Shown piece by piece: positions 1-7,809 of a stretch of 21,432 nt of DNA. The notes under the pieces were generated by a model. That model had not been told where the DNA came from, searched no databases, and saw nothing but the letters and a program-made list of their open reading frames with translations. Numbering within the stretch: position 1 is the first letter of the stretch; each line of letters starts with the position of its first letter. A program made the translations under genes and the position numbers. The stretch covers positions 1 through 21,432 of the forward strand of contig JAGGYF010000033.1 of assembly GCA_021162685.1 (NCBI GenBank). The letters are read 5' to 3'. Origin of the DNA: Candidatus Iainarchaeum sp. (GTDB lineage: Archaea; B1Sed10-29; WALL01).

Positions 1-107
1 ATACAACAATTATTAGTGCTAGCTATTTTCAATAATTTCTTTTTTATTTTTCCATCCTCTTCTTTCACGTCAACTATCTCCTTCATTGGTTTTGGAATCT
101 CTATCAT
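1..107 (-). CDS. Hypothetical protein, 5' part only (runs off the left edge); next gene of the mod-DUF4145 operon
   Basis: Manual translation gives MIEIPKPMKEIVDVKEEDGKIKKKLLKIASTNNCC..., open to position 1. The ATG overlaps the TGA of the upstream gene (ATGA at 104-107), with a GGTGA SD at 112-116. Confidence 0.7.
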   Translation of the reverse strand, partial: MIEIPKPMKEIVDVKEEDGKIKKKLLKIASTNNCC

Positions 108-730
108 TTTTTCACCTTTCCGTGTTTTTCTTTTAATTTCTTGACCCTTTCTGAAGCAGCAAAAGCGATATCCATAAATCGTTCTGTTAAATCTAATATT
201 TCTTTTGCTTCTTCCTTCGCAACTTCTGGAAACTCTGGATGAAGAGCATCATTTCCAACCCATCTTATAGCATGCGCCCATTCTTTAATCTCATTTGTTA
301 TTATCCTTCTTTCTGCAAGTTCATCTATTTGTTTTTCTAACTTCTTTTTAGGGGAAGCACTTTTCAATATACATGCTTGTTGTAAGGCCCTTCTACACAT
401 ACCAGCGCAAGCTCTAAAAGCGTTAACACTTAAACAAAGCTTGGCCTCATCTATATCTTTTCTTATTTTTTCCGGGATTCTTTCATCCGTTGGAGTAGGT
501 AAAGGATTCGGAAATACGCTCGATCTTTTGTCATTTATTTTAATCAATACACAATTTTTACATGAGGGGCACATTCCTATACTCCAATTTCCCTTTGCTG
601 TATTATAAAATATAGGTTCTTCAATTTTTTCCGTTGCATAGCCTCTATGCCCTATTCCATATCTTAAGGCTATCCATACTAATGCAACATGCTTATAGCA
701 CCAGGGGCAATAAATTTCTATTGGTTTCAT
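104..730 (-). CDS. DUF4145 domain (HEPN-like) protein with N-terminal Zn-ribbon
   Basis: CPWC...CPSCKNC cysteine pairs, followed by the DUF4145-like signature DIDEAKLCLSVNAFRACAGMCRRALQ...IRWVGNDALH. ATGA-coupled to the upstream methyltransferase. Confidence 0.8.
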   Translation of the reverse strand: MKPIEIYCPWCYKHVALVWIALRYGIGHRGYATEKIEEPIFYNTAKGNWSIGMCPSCKNCVLIKINDKRSSVFPNPLPTPTDERIPEKIRKDIDEAKLCLSVNAFRACAGMCRRALQQACILKSASPKKKLEKQIDELAERRIITNEIKEWAHAIRWVGNDALHPEFPEVAKEEAKEILDLTERFMDIAFAASERVKKLKEKHGKVKK

Positions 731-1941
731 CTTCTTCCCCCTCTGAAATTTTTCAGAGTCAAAACCTCCTTTTTCTCATTCCCATAAACATCCATATATA
801 CAACCATCATTTTCTTTCCAAGTTTTTTCGGATCAAGTCTAATTTCCCAATTATTCTTTTCCAAATCTTTTGAACTAAACCATTTTGAAAGATTAAACCA
901 CTCACCATTATAATCAAAATCAACCATTACCATCGATAGTGCTTTAAAACCACGATCTTCCTCAGAAATCGGTTTTTTAGTTGTAACATTGCTATAGAAT
1001 TTTTTAATTTTGATGACGGCTTCTTTTTCTCCTGTGAACCTACCTAAACCAGATTTTGGCTTATCAAAATAATAGTCACATTCAACTGTTGGTGGATTGA
1101 TAAAGTCAAACCCAACCTGCTCAAGAACAGTGTTTACGTCCTGGTCTGTGTAGATAGGTTGACTCAAAGGTGTGAATTGCTTTTTATGTAATTCATCTAT
1201 TATAGAGTAAGGTATTTTTAGAATGTAATACTTCACGTCATCCTTAGGAACAACATCTTCTCCAAATGCTACGCTTGCCCATGGAACAATTATGAAAAAC
1301 CTCTTACCAATTTTATCCCCTATTAAAGAATGTAACTGATCGATGGATTCATAATCCAGAACATATTCATGCTCATTCTTCCATTTGAAAACTAAAACGT
1401 GATCCAGTCCAAAATAACCATCCAATTTTACTTTACCAACTTCATGTGGCTCATCTTTACACTGGAATAGCTCCAAAGCAAACTTTCTATACTTTTCAAA
1501 CGGTAATTCTTTAATTATTGTGTAATCATATAGGCCAGCATTATAGACAGCAAATGGTTTTGGCTTTAATGACTTGCCTTTATTCCCTATTCCTTCTTTC
1601 AAATTCAACATTCTTTTGATCATTGTGTAAATGGCAAGCCTTCCAGCATCAATCATTATCCATCTCCTTCCGAGCTTTTCAGCAACTGCTCCTGTAGTGC
1701 CAGAGCCTGCAAAAGCATCAAGAACGATGTCCCCTGGGTTTGATGATGCTTTGATTACTCTTTCAAGGAGTTGTTCGGAGTTTTCAGTTGGGTAATTCCA
1801 ACTTTGTGAATATCCTTTTATATCAGTCCAATCCGTACCTAAATGTCTCCAAGTTCGTAGAAGCTCTGGTAGCCCAGTTTTACTATTAATCCGTACAAAT
1901 CCTTTTTTAACCATTTCATCAATAGCTTCTTGGCTCCACAT
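727..1941 (-). CDS. mod: DNA methyltransferase Mod, C-terminal fragment (SAM-binding motif I plus C-terminal extension)
   Basis: YPTENSEQLLERVIKASSNPGDIVLDAFAGSGTTGAVAEKLGRRWIMID. Confidence 0.7.
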   Translation of the reverse strand: MWSQEAIDEMVKKGFVRINSKTGLPELLRTWRHLGTDWTDIKGYSQSWNYPTENSEQLLERVIKASSNPGDIVLDAFAGSGTTGAVAEKLGRRWIMIDAGRLAIYTMIKRMLNLKEGIGNKGKSLKPKPFAVYNAGLYDYTIIKELPFEKYRKFALELFQCKDEPHEVGKVKLDGYFGLDHVLVFKWKNEHEYVLDYESIDQLHSLIGDKIGKRFFIIVPWASVAFGEDVVPKDDVKYYILKIPYSIIDELHKKQFTPLSQPIYTDQDVNTVLEQVGFDFINPPTVECDYYFDKPKSGLGRFTGEKEAVIKIKKFYSNVTTKKPISEEDRGFKALSMVMVDFDYNGEWFNLSKWFSSKDLEKNNWEIRLDPKKLGKKMMVVYMDVYGNEKKEVLTLKNFRGGRR

Positions 1942-2780
1942 CCATCTTCTTCTTCTTGGTGGATATATATTTTCCTTCCAAAAAATACTCGAGGCAGACT
2001 TATCTCTTTATCAGAAGAAGCATGCATCTCTACCCAATCCTGTTTTCTTATAAGTATTTTGTTTCTTTCTATTTTAAGTTCAATCTCCCACGGTTCTTCT
2101 ATCTTGATATGGTTGAAATAGTAATCGTTCGTTTTTGTATAAAAGAAGATAGAATCTGTGGATACATAAAATCTTCTCCCCTCACTCTTTAATCGTCTTG
2201 TTCTATTTATAATAATCTCATTCCTGAAATTCTCCTTGCCAAAAATCTCATCCATTAACACTTTTACATAATGTCCGAAGTGATAATCAATTCTAACATA
2301 AATGCTCCCGTCATCTGAGAGAATTTCCCTAAGTAAAATTAATCTCTTCCTTAACCACTCCAGGTATTTTGCTCCCATTAACTTTGCAGAATAAGCCCCC
2401 ACATTTCCCCTTCCATAAACATCTCCGGTTCCAAATGGTGGATCAATATAGATCAATTTAACCCCCGAACTTCCATCTGGGTTTTTCAATTTGCCTGCTT
2501 CTTTCCAAAACAACAATTCTTTCAAAACTTGTAGATTATCACCAAAAATGATCATGTTATGCCATTCGTTTTCATTTATTTTTCCGAAACCTTTAACTCT
2601 CTGTAAAGGAACGGCCATTGTTTCCGTGATTATATCTATGTCTCTTTCTTTTCCAGCATAAATTAACTCAGCTTCTTGTTTAGGTTCAAAAAGTAGCCAC
2701 TTAAACTCCTCTGGCAAAGATTTGCCTTCTTTCAATCTTTGTACGATGAATTCAATTTGCTCTTTTGTTATTTCCCCCAT
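1839..2780 (-). CDS. mod: DNA methyltransferase Mod, N-terminal fragment (catalytic DPPF motif)
   Basis: NMIIFGDNLQVLK, VKLIYIDPPF, LLREILSDDGSIYVRIDYHFGHYVKVLMDEIFGKENFRNEII. The last ~40 aa are out of frame. Confidence 0.7.
   Translation of the reverse strand: MGEITKEQIEFIVQRLKEGKSLPEEFKWLLFEPKQEAELIYAGKERDIDIITETMAVPLQRVKGFGKINENEWHNMIIFGDNLQVLKELLFWKEAGKLKNPDGSSGVKLIYIDPPFGTGDVYGRGNVGAYSAKLMGAKYLEWLRKRLILLREILSDDGSIYVRIDYHFGHYVKVLMDEIFGKENFRNEIIINRTRRLKSEGRRFYVSTDSIFFYTKTNDYYFNHIKIEEPWEIELKIERNKILIRKQDWVEMHASSDKEISLPRVFFGRKIYIHQEEEDGCGAKKLLMKWLKKDLYGLIVKLGYQSFYELGDI
1963..1970. repeat. (AT)4 dinucleotide tract at the mod frameshift
   Basis: ggATATATATtttcc on the + strand. An (AGA)4-type trinucleotide tract lies just downstream on the coding strand. 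Confidence 0.7.
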
Positions 2781-2907
2781 TTTCGCACCTTATTTAGTTT
2801 TCCAAAAGCATTTTTCTTCTGTTAACTTCAGATCCTCTTCCTATGCATCATATTTCTGATCATCCCTCTTTTTTATTACTTCCTCCTGTGGTTTGCCGAG
2901 AGCCTGA

Positions 2908-2921
2908 AATGTTTAAACATT
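2908..2921. promoter_or_regulatory. Perfect 14-bp palindrome AATGTTTAAACATT between the nuclease and mod genes
   Basis: Self-complementary with a TATA-like TTTAAA core, 12 bp past the nuclease stop codon. Function is inferred only. Confidence 0.35.
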
Positions 2922-2932
2922 GCTAGTGGAAT

Positions 2933-3964
2933 TCACACCCCATCTTCGGTCTCATCCAAAATTTCTTCCAGCATCTTTCTGTACTTTGGATTTATCCTAA
3001 AATCATCTTTTTCTTCACCACTTCTACTCCCTCCACTAAATTCAATTACTTGTCTCAGGTGGGAAGTGGGTCTTTTAGTAAGTAGTTGGGAGATGTTACT
3101 CAAGTATCTGCCCGTTTGTCCAAGGTTTTTACCAATGCCCTGCGAATATAACCTTTTTTTAATCTCCTCTCTTTTGAATGTTCTGTCCTCTGAAAGCAAT
3201 ATTCTAAGGAATGCTCTGAATCTTGGGGTAAGTTCTGTTTGCCTTGTTAAAGTTTCTTTAAGTTTTTTCTTTAATGTTTCATCATCAAAATTTCCGACTT
3301 CTAATGAAAAAGGACTGCTTCGTACAGTTCGCATTTCTCTCTGTTTCATCGTTTTCTTTTTGATGTACTCTTCTAATCCTGGGGTGGGAATTAACACTTC
3401 TGAGTTTAGGAATAGATCTCCATCTTCATCTTTGAATGGCACCAATCTTACACATTTTATATCCATACCATACTCTTCAGATAGCCATTTAGCAGCTTTC
3501 AGAACATCTTGATGAAATTCTTTGGATACTAATATTATTCTTTGTTTTTGATTAATTTTTTCTAAATCTTCTTCTATAAATGCTTCTATCTTTGATTTGG
3601 CCTCATCTGGGTCTTCATTATTGTCCTGTAAGTATTCTTCAAATAGAGTAATGATCTCATTTGGAGAATATTCAGAAAATTGTGCAGCATAAGTTATTGC
3701 TTGCCAATGTACTTCTCTACCCGAATCATCTCTCTTTAGTTCAATTATCACTAAATTTCCGTTCTTGTCTATTGCCAATAGGTCGGCCTGCCTTCCGGAA
3801 GGTAAACTGTTTTGTTCGCCAATTATCAATAGTGTTTCTTCTAGCACACCAGGATTTTTCCTGATCCATTCTTCAATATCAAACCTCTCTTTTATTTCAA
3901 ACTCTGAAAATTTTATTGGAGTTAGCTTTTTCAACCTTTTGTTTTCAACATCTATCTGATACAC
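2933..3964 (-). CDS. NucS/DUF91-like PD-(D/E)XK endonuclease domain protein
   Basis: ERFDIEEWIRKNPGVL...ADLLAIDKNGNLVIIELKRD...QAITYAA (E...D...ExK...QxxxY, RecB/NucS-like). GTG start after GGGGAG. Confidence 0.75.
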   Translation of the reverse strand: MYQIDVENKRLKKLTPIKFSEFEIKERFDIEEWIRKNPGVLEETLLIIGEQNSLPSGRQADLLAIDKNGNLVIIELKRDDSGREVHWQAITYAAQFSEYSPNEIITLFEEYLQDNNEDPDEAKSKIEAFIEEDLEKINQKQRIILVSKEFHQDVLKAAKWLSEEYGMDIKCVRLVPFKDEDGDLFLNSEVLIPTPGLEEYIKKKTMKQREMRTVRSSPFSLEVGNFDDETLKKKLKETLTRQTELTPRFRAFLRILLSEDRTFKREEIKKRLYSQGIGKNLGQTGRYLSNISQLLTKRPTSHLRQVIEFSGGSRSGEEKDDFRINPKYRKMLEEILDETEDGV

Positions 3965-4199
3965 ATCATCTCCCCCAGCAAGCTCCTCTTCAACCTGTCA
4001 CCACCTTTTCTGCTAGGCCATAGCTGGAAGGGGTGAAGAGCAATAAGTATTATGTTCGTTCTTGGTATTAATGTTAATGGTTATTGCCAGCGAAAGATAC
4101 AACCAAAAGATATATAAACAAGTGACTAGTAAATAAAATTAGTACCCCACGAAAAAGAAAAAAGGAAAGGGGTTAAGTGGGCTTTGGTGTCGTTAGGGT

Positions 4200-4382
4200 T
4201 CAGATCAATCTTTTTATTATCCCAACGACACCAAGTGCACCCATAACCAAGCCAAGAAAGACAGCCCCGCTCATAGCAAGGTCACCTACTGCACTTCCCA
4301 TTGTTTTACTAAGGAGCCCCATTAAGAAGAGGACTCCTACTATTCCTGTTGCTGATATTGTACCTATTGTTATTTTTTGCAT
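4200..4382 (-). CDS. Small Gly-rich two-helix membrane protein (60 aa), unknown function
   Basis: Strong SD (GAGGTGAAAAA-ATG), TATA-like TATAAATATA at ~4434-4443, two hydrophobic segments and a basic C-terminus (KRLI). Confidence 0.7.
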   Translation of the reverse strand: MQKITIGTISATGIVGVLFLMGLLSKTMGSAVGDLAMSGAVFLGLVMGALGVVGIIKRLI

Positions 4383-4460
4383 TTTTTCACCTCATTTTTC
4401 TTTTTGATTTCATGCAGTAATTTTTTCTAAACATATATTTATACTTTTCAGCATTTAAAA

Positions 4461-4500
4461 ACGAAATCTATATAAATACTGCCACTATTACTAGTAGTGG
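4461..4500 (+). promoter_or_regulatory. BRE-TATA promoter plus inverted-repeat operator upstream of the wHTH gene
   Basis: CGAAAT-C-TATATAAA (TATA 4469-4476), then CCACTA-N7-TAGTGG (4482-4500) containing TACTAGTA, 8 bp before the ATG. Confidence 0.55.
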
Positions 4501-4508
4501 TGTGATGT

Positions 4509-5486
4509 ATGCCAACCAAAAGCCCTGAGGAAGTAAAAGAGGAAATATTGGAAGTACTGGATGATGTTCCTAGGACAGTGGATGAAATTAAAAGGCTGGC
4601 TGGGACTAGCTGGCTTGGGACAAAGAAGGCATTGGAGAGTCTAGATAGATTGGGCGTGGTGAAAACAGCGGTTAGAGGGAAGAGGAAATACTACTACAGA
4701 CCGACTGGGAAGACATGGTTTGGCTTGCCGATAAGGGAAAAAGATAAAGAGGTTTTAGAATACATATTCTGGAAGGCTAGGGAGATTTGGAAAGAAAAGG
4801 GAGTAGAGCCAAAAAGGGTGAACTTGCAGAAGGTTGCCGTCCATGTGGCTGAGGACCTAAAGTTGGATATTCCTGTGTTCAGATACTTGTATGGGCAGAT
4901 GACAGTACTCAAAGAAGCACCTAGCGAAAAACCCGCAAGGCCAAGCATTCCTGGGATAGAGGGATCAATAGAAGAGGCTGTAATGCTTTATTCTGGACCC
5001 GCGTACTTAGCAAAGGAGGTCCAATACAAAAAAGAAACAATGAGATTTTACGGGATAAAAAAAGAAATAGAACAAAACTGGCATAGGGAGTTTGAATCTG
5101 GGAAGCTAAGCAAGAGACTGATAGATTGGCTGATGGAAGCACCGAGGGATGAATACATAACTGAGGCCATAAAGGAAGTAATTTCTTTATATGCTCAGGC
5201 ACTCAAGGAAGAAAATCCTGTAGAATATTCTGAACCCCTGAGAGAAGTTTTTAGTAAGATGTGGGATGTGATTGCAACCAGGTTGGCGCACCTGGACTTG
5301 AAGAGTAAAGGTTATTCTGAAGAAGACTTAGAAGAACTCTCAAAGGTATTTGGAAACCGTGTTGAAGAAGCAAAGTACGCGTTGGATGAGTTTGAGAATA
5401 TGTTGACACCAGTAAAGTTGTCTTCGGAGATAGAGTCATTGAAAGGATCGGTTCAGAGATCTTCGGGCAACGAACAAGGAAAATAA
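4509..5486 (+). CDS. Winged-HTH protein with a putative Panacea/SocA (DUF4065)-like antitoxin domain
   Basis: N-terminal ArsR-like wHTH (EILEVLDDVPRTVDEIKRLAGTSWLGTKKALESLDRLGVV...RKYYY). The central LQKVAVHV...PVFRYLYGQ resembles the Panacea LQKxxY...WxYGP pattern (inference). Confidence 0.6.
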   Translation: MPTKSPEEVKEEILEVLDDVPRTVDEIKRLAGTSWLGTKKALESLDRLGVVKTAVRGKRKYYYRPTGKTWFGLPIREKDKEVLEYIFWKAREIWKEKGVEPKRVNLQKVAVHVAEDLKLDIPVFRYLYGQMTVLKEAPSEKPARPSIPGIEGSIEEAVMLYSGPAYLAKEVQYKKETMRFYGIKKEIEQNWHREFESGKLSKRLIDWLMEAPRDEYITEAIKEVISLYAQALKEENPVEYSEPLREVFSKMWDVIATRLAHLDLKSKGYSEEDLEELSKVFGNRVEEAKYALDEFENMLTPVKLSSEIESLKGSVQRSSGNEQGK

Positions 5487-5848
5487 CCAACGAAGTCTTC
5501 TAAGTTTCTGGTGACAATAACTTCTGCTTTTGCCTTTTTGGCTAAGATTACGTGCAAAGCGTCTGGATAATTACTAGGGTTTAACTTTCTAGCATCCTCC
5601 TTATCCCTTTCTGTGGTTTTTACAGATTCTATCTTCTTGCTAATGAGCCAGATGAAAGATGTTTTACCTAAGTTTATTTTGTGCTTTTCTAGTTCATATA
5701 GCGTATGATCCGAGATTATCAGAAAATGCTTACATTCCAAAGTTTCTTGAAAGAACTTGGCTGCCCTGCCACCCAAACTTCTTCCGAAGAGATTCCTTCT
5801 ATCTAGTAAAAAATCCAAGAGGACATTAGCATCAACGTAAACCCGCAT
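5453..5848 (-). CDS. PIN domain (VapC-like) ribonuclease toxin
   Basis: MRVYVDANVLLD...YEL...DALHVILA...IVTRNLEDF. Start set at ATG 5848 because GGTGAG at 5853-5858 is a good SD. Confidence 0.85.
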   Translation of the reverse strand: MRVYVDANVLLDFLLDRRNLFGRSLGGRAAKFFQETLECKHFLIISDHTLYELEKHKINLGKTSFIWLISKKIESVKTTERDKEDARKLNPSNYPDALHVILAKKAKAEVIVTRNLEDFVGYFPCSLPEDL

Positions 5849-5913
5849 TGCTCTCACCGACTAATTATGACACAAAGGAAATAAATTTATTCCTCCTTTA
5901 CCTTATCCCATTG

Positions 5914-7245
5914 ATGAAACCACCCATTACAATATATGGCGGGAAGAAGGAGATCGGGGGAAACAAGGTTTTGTTAGAGGGGAGAGATGCGAAGTTGTGG
6001 TTGGATTTTGGAGTTGGATATGCATCTAGAAGTAAGTATTTTGAGGAGTTTGTTAATCCACGGCCTGCGAATAGGATTGGAGACTTTATTGAGATGGGGT
6101 TGGCTCCGAATCTGAAGGGATTGTACAGGGAGGATTTGATAGGAAGGAGAGAGGAAGTTGAGTATGATGGTGTGTTTATTTCTCATGCGCATATGGATCA
6201 TTGTGCTTATGTGTCGTTTCTGAATCCAGAGATCCCTGTGTATATGAGTGAGGTTACGAAGTTGGTGTTGGAAGCGGTTAAAGAGGCGGGAAAGAGAGAT
6301 ATAGAATTGGAAATACTGGCGTTTAAGGAGAGGCCGATTAAGAAAGGAGCAGAGGAGATTGAGAGGGATATTAGGATTTTCAAGAGTGGGAAGAGGAAGA
6401 GGATTGGAGAGTTTGAGGTAACGCCAGTGAATGTTGATCATTCTGTTCCTGGTGCACACGGGTTTGTTGTGGATGGACCAGAAGGAAGGGTAGTGTATAG
6501 TGGGGATTTGAGGATGCATGGGAGGGGAAGAGAGAAGACAGAGGAATTTGTGGAGAAGGCAGAAGGAGCAGACGTTCTTGTTTTAGAAGGAACTAGGGTG
6601 GAAGAAAAGAGGTCTAGGCTGGAAGAAGATGTTGAAAGGGATGTTGTGAAGTGGGTTAAGGAGCATAGTGGATTGGTGTTAGTTGATTTTAATTTTAAGG
6701 ATGTGGATAGACTGAAAACGTTTTTGAAGGCAAGTGAGGAAAGTGATAGGATATTTGTGATTCCTTTTAAGGAGGCGGTTTTGGTTAAGCATCTGTCAAA
6801 AAAATTGAAGATCCCCTCATTGGATAATTTTGTGTTGTTCAAGCCGAAGAGAAGAAGCGGGATGTTTGAGGAGAGGGACTACAGAGGAGTAGAGAAGGAG
6901 TATTATGAGAAGTATGAGTCATGGACGTATAAGGATGTTATGGAGAATGAGAAGAAAGTTATGCTGTTTTTGTCGTATTATGCGTTTCCGAATTTGATTG
7001 ATTTAAAGCCAAAGAATGCACTGTTTATTCATTCGTTGTCAGAGGCATTTAATGAGGAGATGGAGATTTCAAAGAGGAGGATGATGAATTGGCTGAAGCA
7101 TTTTGGGATAGAGTATAGGCATAGTCATTGTTCTGGGCATGCATCTGGTTCGGAGTTGAGGGATATCGCGAAAGGGATTAATCCAAAGAGGGTGATTCCA
7201 ATTCATACAGAACATCCTAGGAAGCTTACTAGGTTGGTGAAATGA
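5914..7245 (+). CDS. MBL-fold metallo-hydrolase, beta-CASP/RNase J-like
   Basis: EIGGNK, LDFG, SHAHMDH (HxHxDH), VDHSVPGA, YSGDLR, LEGT, HCSGHA, PIHTEH. Start set at ATG 5914 (MKPPITIYGG). Confidence 0.85.
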   Translation: MKPPITIYGGKKEIGGNKVLLEGRDAKLWLDFGVGYASRSKYFEEFVNPRPANRIGDFIEMGLAPNLKGLYREDLIGRREEVEYDGVFISHAHMDHCAYVSFLNPEIPVYMSEVTKLVLEAVKEAGKRDIELEILAFKERPIKKGAEEIERDIRIFKSGKRKRIGEFEVTPVNVDHSVPGAHGFVVDGPEGRVVYSGDLRMHGRGREKTEEFVEKAEGADVLVLEGTRVEEKRSRLEEDVERDVVKWVKEHSGLVLVDFNFKDVDRLKTFLKASEESDRIFVIPFKEAVLVKHLSKKLKIPSLDNFVLFKPKRRSGMFEERDYRGVEKEYYEKYESWTYKDVMENEKKVMLFLSYYAFPNLIDLKPKNALFIHSLSEAFNEEMEISKRRMMNWLKHFGIEYRHSHCSGHASGSELRDIAKGINPKRVIPIHTEHPRKLTRLVK

Positions 7246-7778
7246 TCGGTGTTCTGATTGAAGCAGTTGTGGTTTTGTTTTATATGGTAGCATTGGCTAA
7301 AGGGAGGAACTCAGAGATCACCAGATTTGAAGTTGAGGACTGGAGAAAGGATGTTTTGATTCCGTTTGTGTTGGGTGCTTTGGTAGCAGTGGTGTTTGCG
7401 TTGGTTGGGGGAGTGAATGTTGTTTATAGGGGATTGTTGGGACTGATTCATAGTTTGGCAATTGCTCCTTTGTTTGAGGAGTTGGCGTTTAGGGGAGTGT
7501 TGTTGGGAGGAACGATGAAGTTGTTGGAAAAGAATTTTTCTAAGAGAGTGGTGGATATTAGCGGAGGGGTGTTGGTGGTTTTGGTGGCACTGGGTTTTAC
7601 GATGTTGCATGATTTGGTTTCAAAGGAGTTGTTTGTTTCTGCTGTTTTGTATGGGTTTTTGTATTTGTGGAGGAGGAATCTGGCTGGGCCAGTGGTTGCG
7701 CATTTTGGTGGGAATTTGGTGGTTTGGGTGTTGGCTTTGTTCCTCAATATTTCTTTCCTAGAGGAAACAAACTTTTAA
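7242..7778 (+). CDS. CPBP family (CAAX/Abi) intramembrane metalloprotease; C-terminus now supplied by inserted DNA
   Basis: APLFEELAFRG, FTMLH and VVAHFGGN motifs in a multi-TM protein. The last 14 codons lie inside the insertion. Confidence 0.8.
   Translation: MIGVLIEAVVVLFYMVALAKGRNSEITRFEVEDWRKDVLIPFVLGALVAVVFALVGGVNVVYRGLLGLIHSLAIAPLFEELAFRGVLLGGTMKLLEKNFSKRVVDISGGVLVVLVALGFTMLHDLVSKELFVSAVLYGFLYLWRRNLAGPVVAHFGGNLVVWVLALFLNISFLEETNF
7715..7733 (+). repeat. 19-bp direct repeat, copy 1 (TTTGGTGGTTTGGGTGTTG), putative target-site duplication
   Basis: Identical to 9096-9114. Encodes LVVWVL of the CPBP gene. Confidence 0.85.
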
Positions 7779-7803
7779 GAGTTTGTAGCCTGAAGGAAAG
7801 AAA
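7747..7803. repeat. 57-bp palindromic direct repeat A, copy 1 (downstream of ATPase 1)
   Basis: ATATTTCTTTCCTAGAGGAAACAAACTTTTAAGAGTTTGTAGCCTGAAGGAAAGAAA, 55/57 identical to 9038-9094. Confidence 0.9.
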
Positions 7804-7809
7804 TTGATG

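Larger units (their letters stand above)
727..2780 (-). pseudogene. mod: Type III restriction-modification-like Mod subunit (beta-class amino DNA methyltransferase), split by one frameshift
   Basis: The catalytic DPPF motif is in the 5' ORF and the SAM-binding DAFAGSGTT motif is in the 3' ORF. Removing one AT from (AT)4 at 1963-1970 gives one 683-aa ORF reading ...RVFFGRKIYPPRRRRWMWSQEAIDEM... Confidence 0.85.

Noticed and set aside
1971-1990. Programmed -1 ribosomal frameshift at GTA TTT TTT GGA in mod
   Set aside because: Not a canonical X XXY YYZ heptamer and no obvious downstream structure. Deleting one AT gives the more natural FFGRKIYPP reading.
3965-4199. tRNA or att site at the island boundary
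   Set aside because: No cloverleaf or T-loop GTTCRA motif is recognisable. No rRNA or tRNA was found anywhere in the window by eye.
4177-4407. 76-aa + strand ORF
   Set aside because: Shadow of the minus-strand 60-aa ORF, which has the strong SD and TATA box.
5848-5913. N-terminal extensions of the MBL hydrolase (TTG 5848) and, likewise, Hef (ATG 18123)
   Set aside because: The extensions run through AT-rich promoter-like DNA. Family-like sequence starts at 5914 and 18168.
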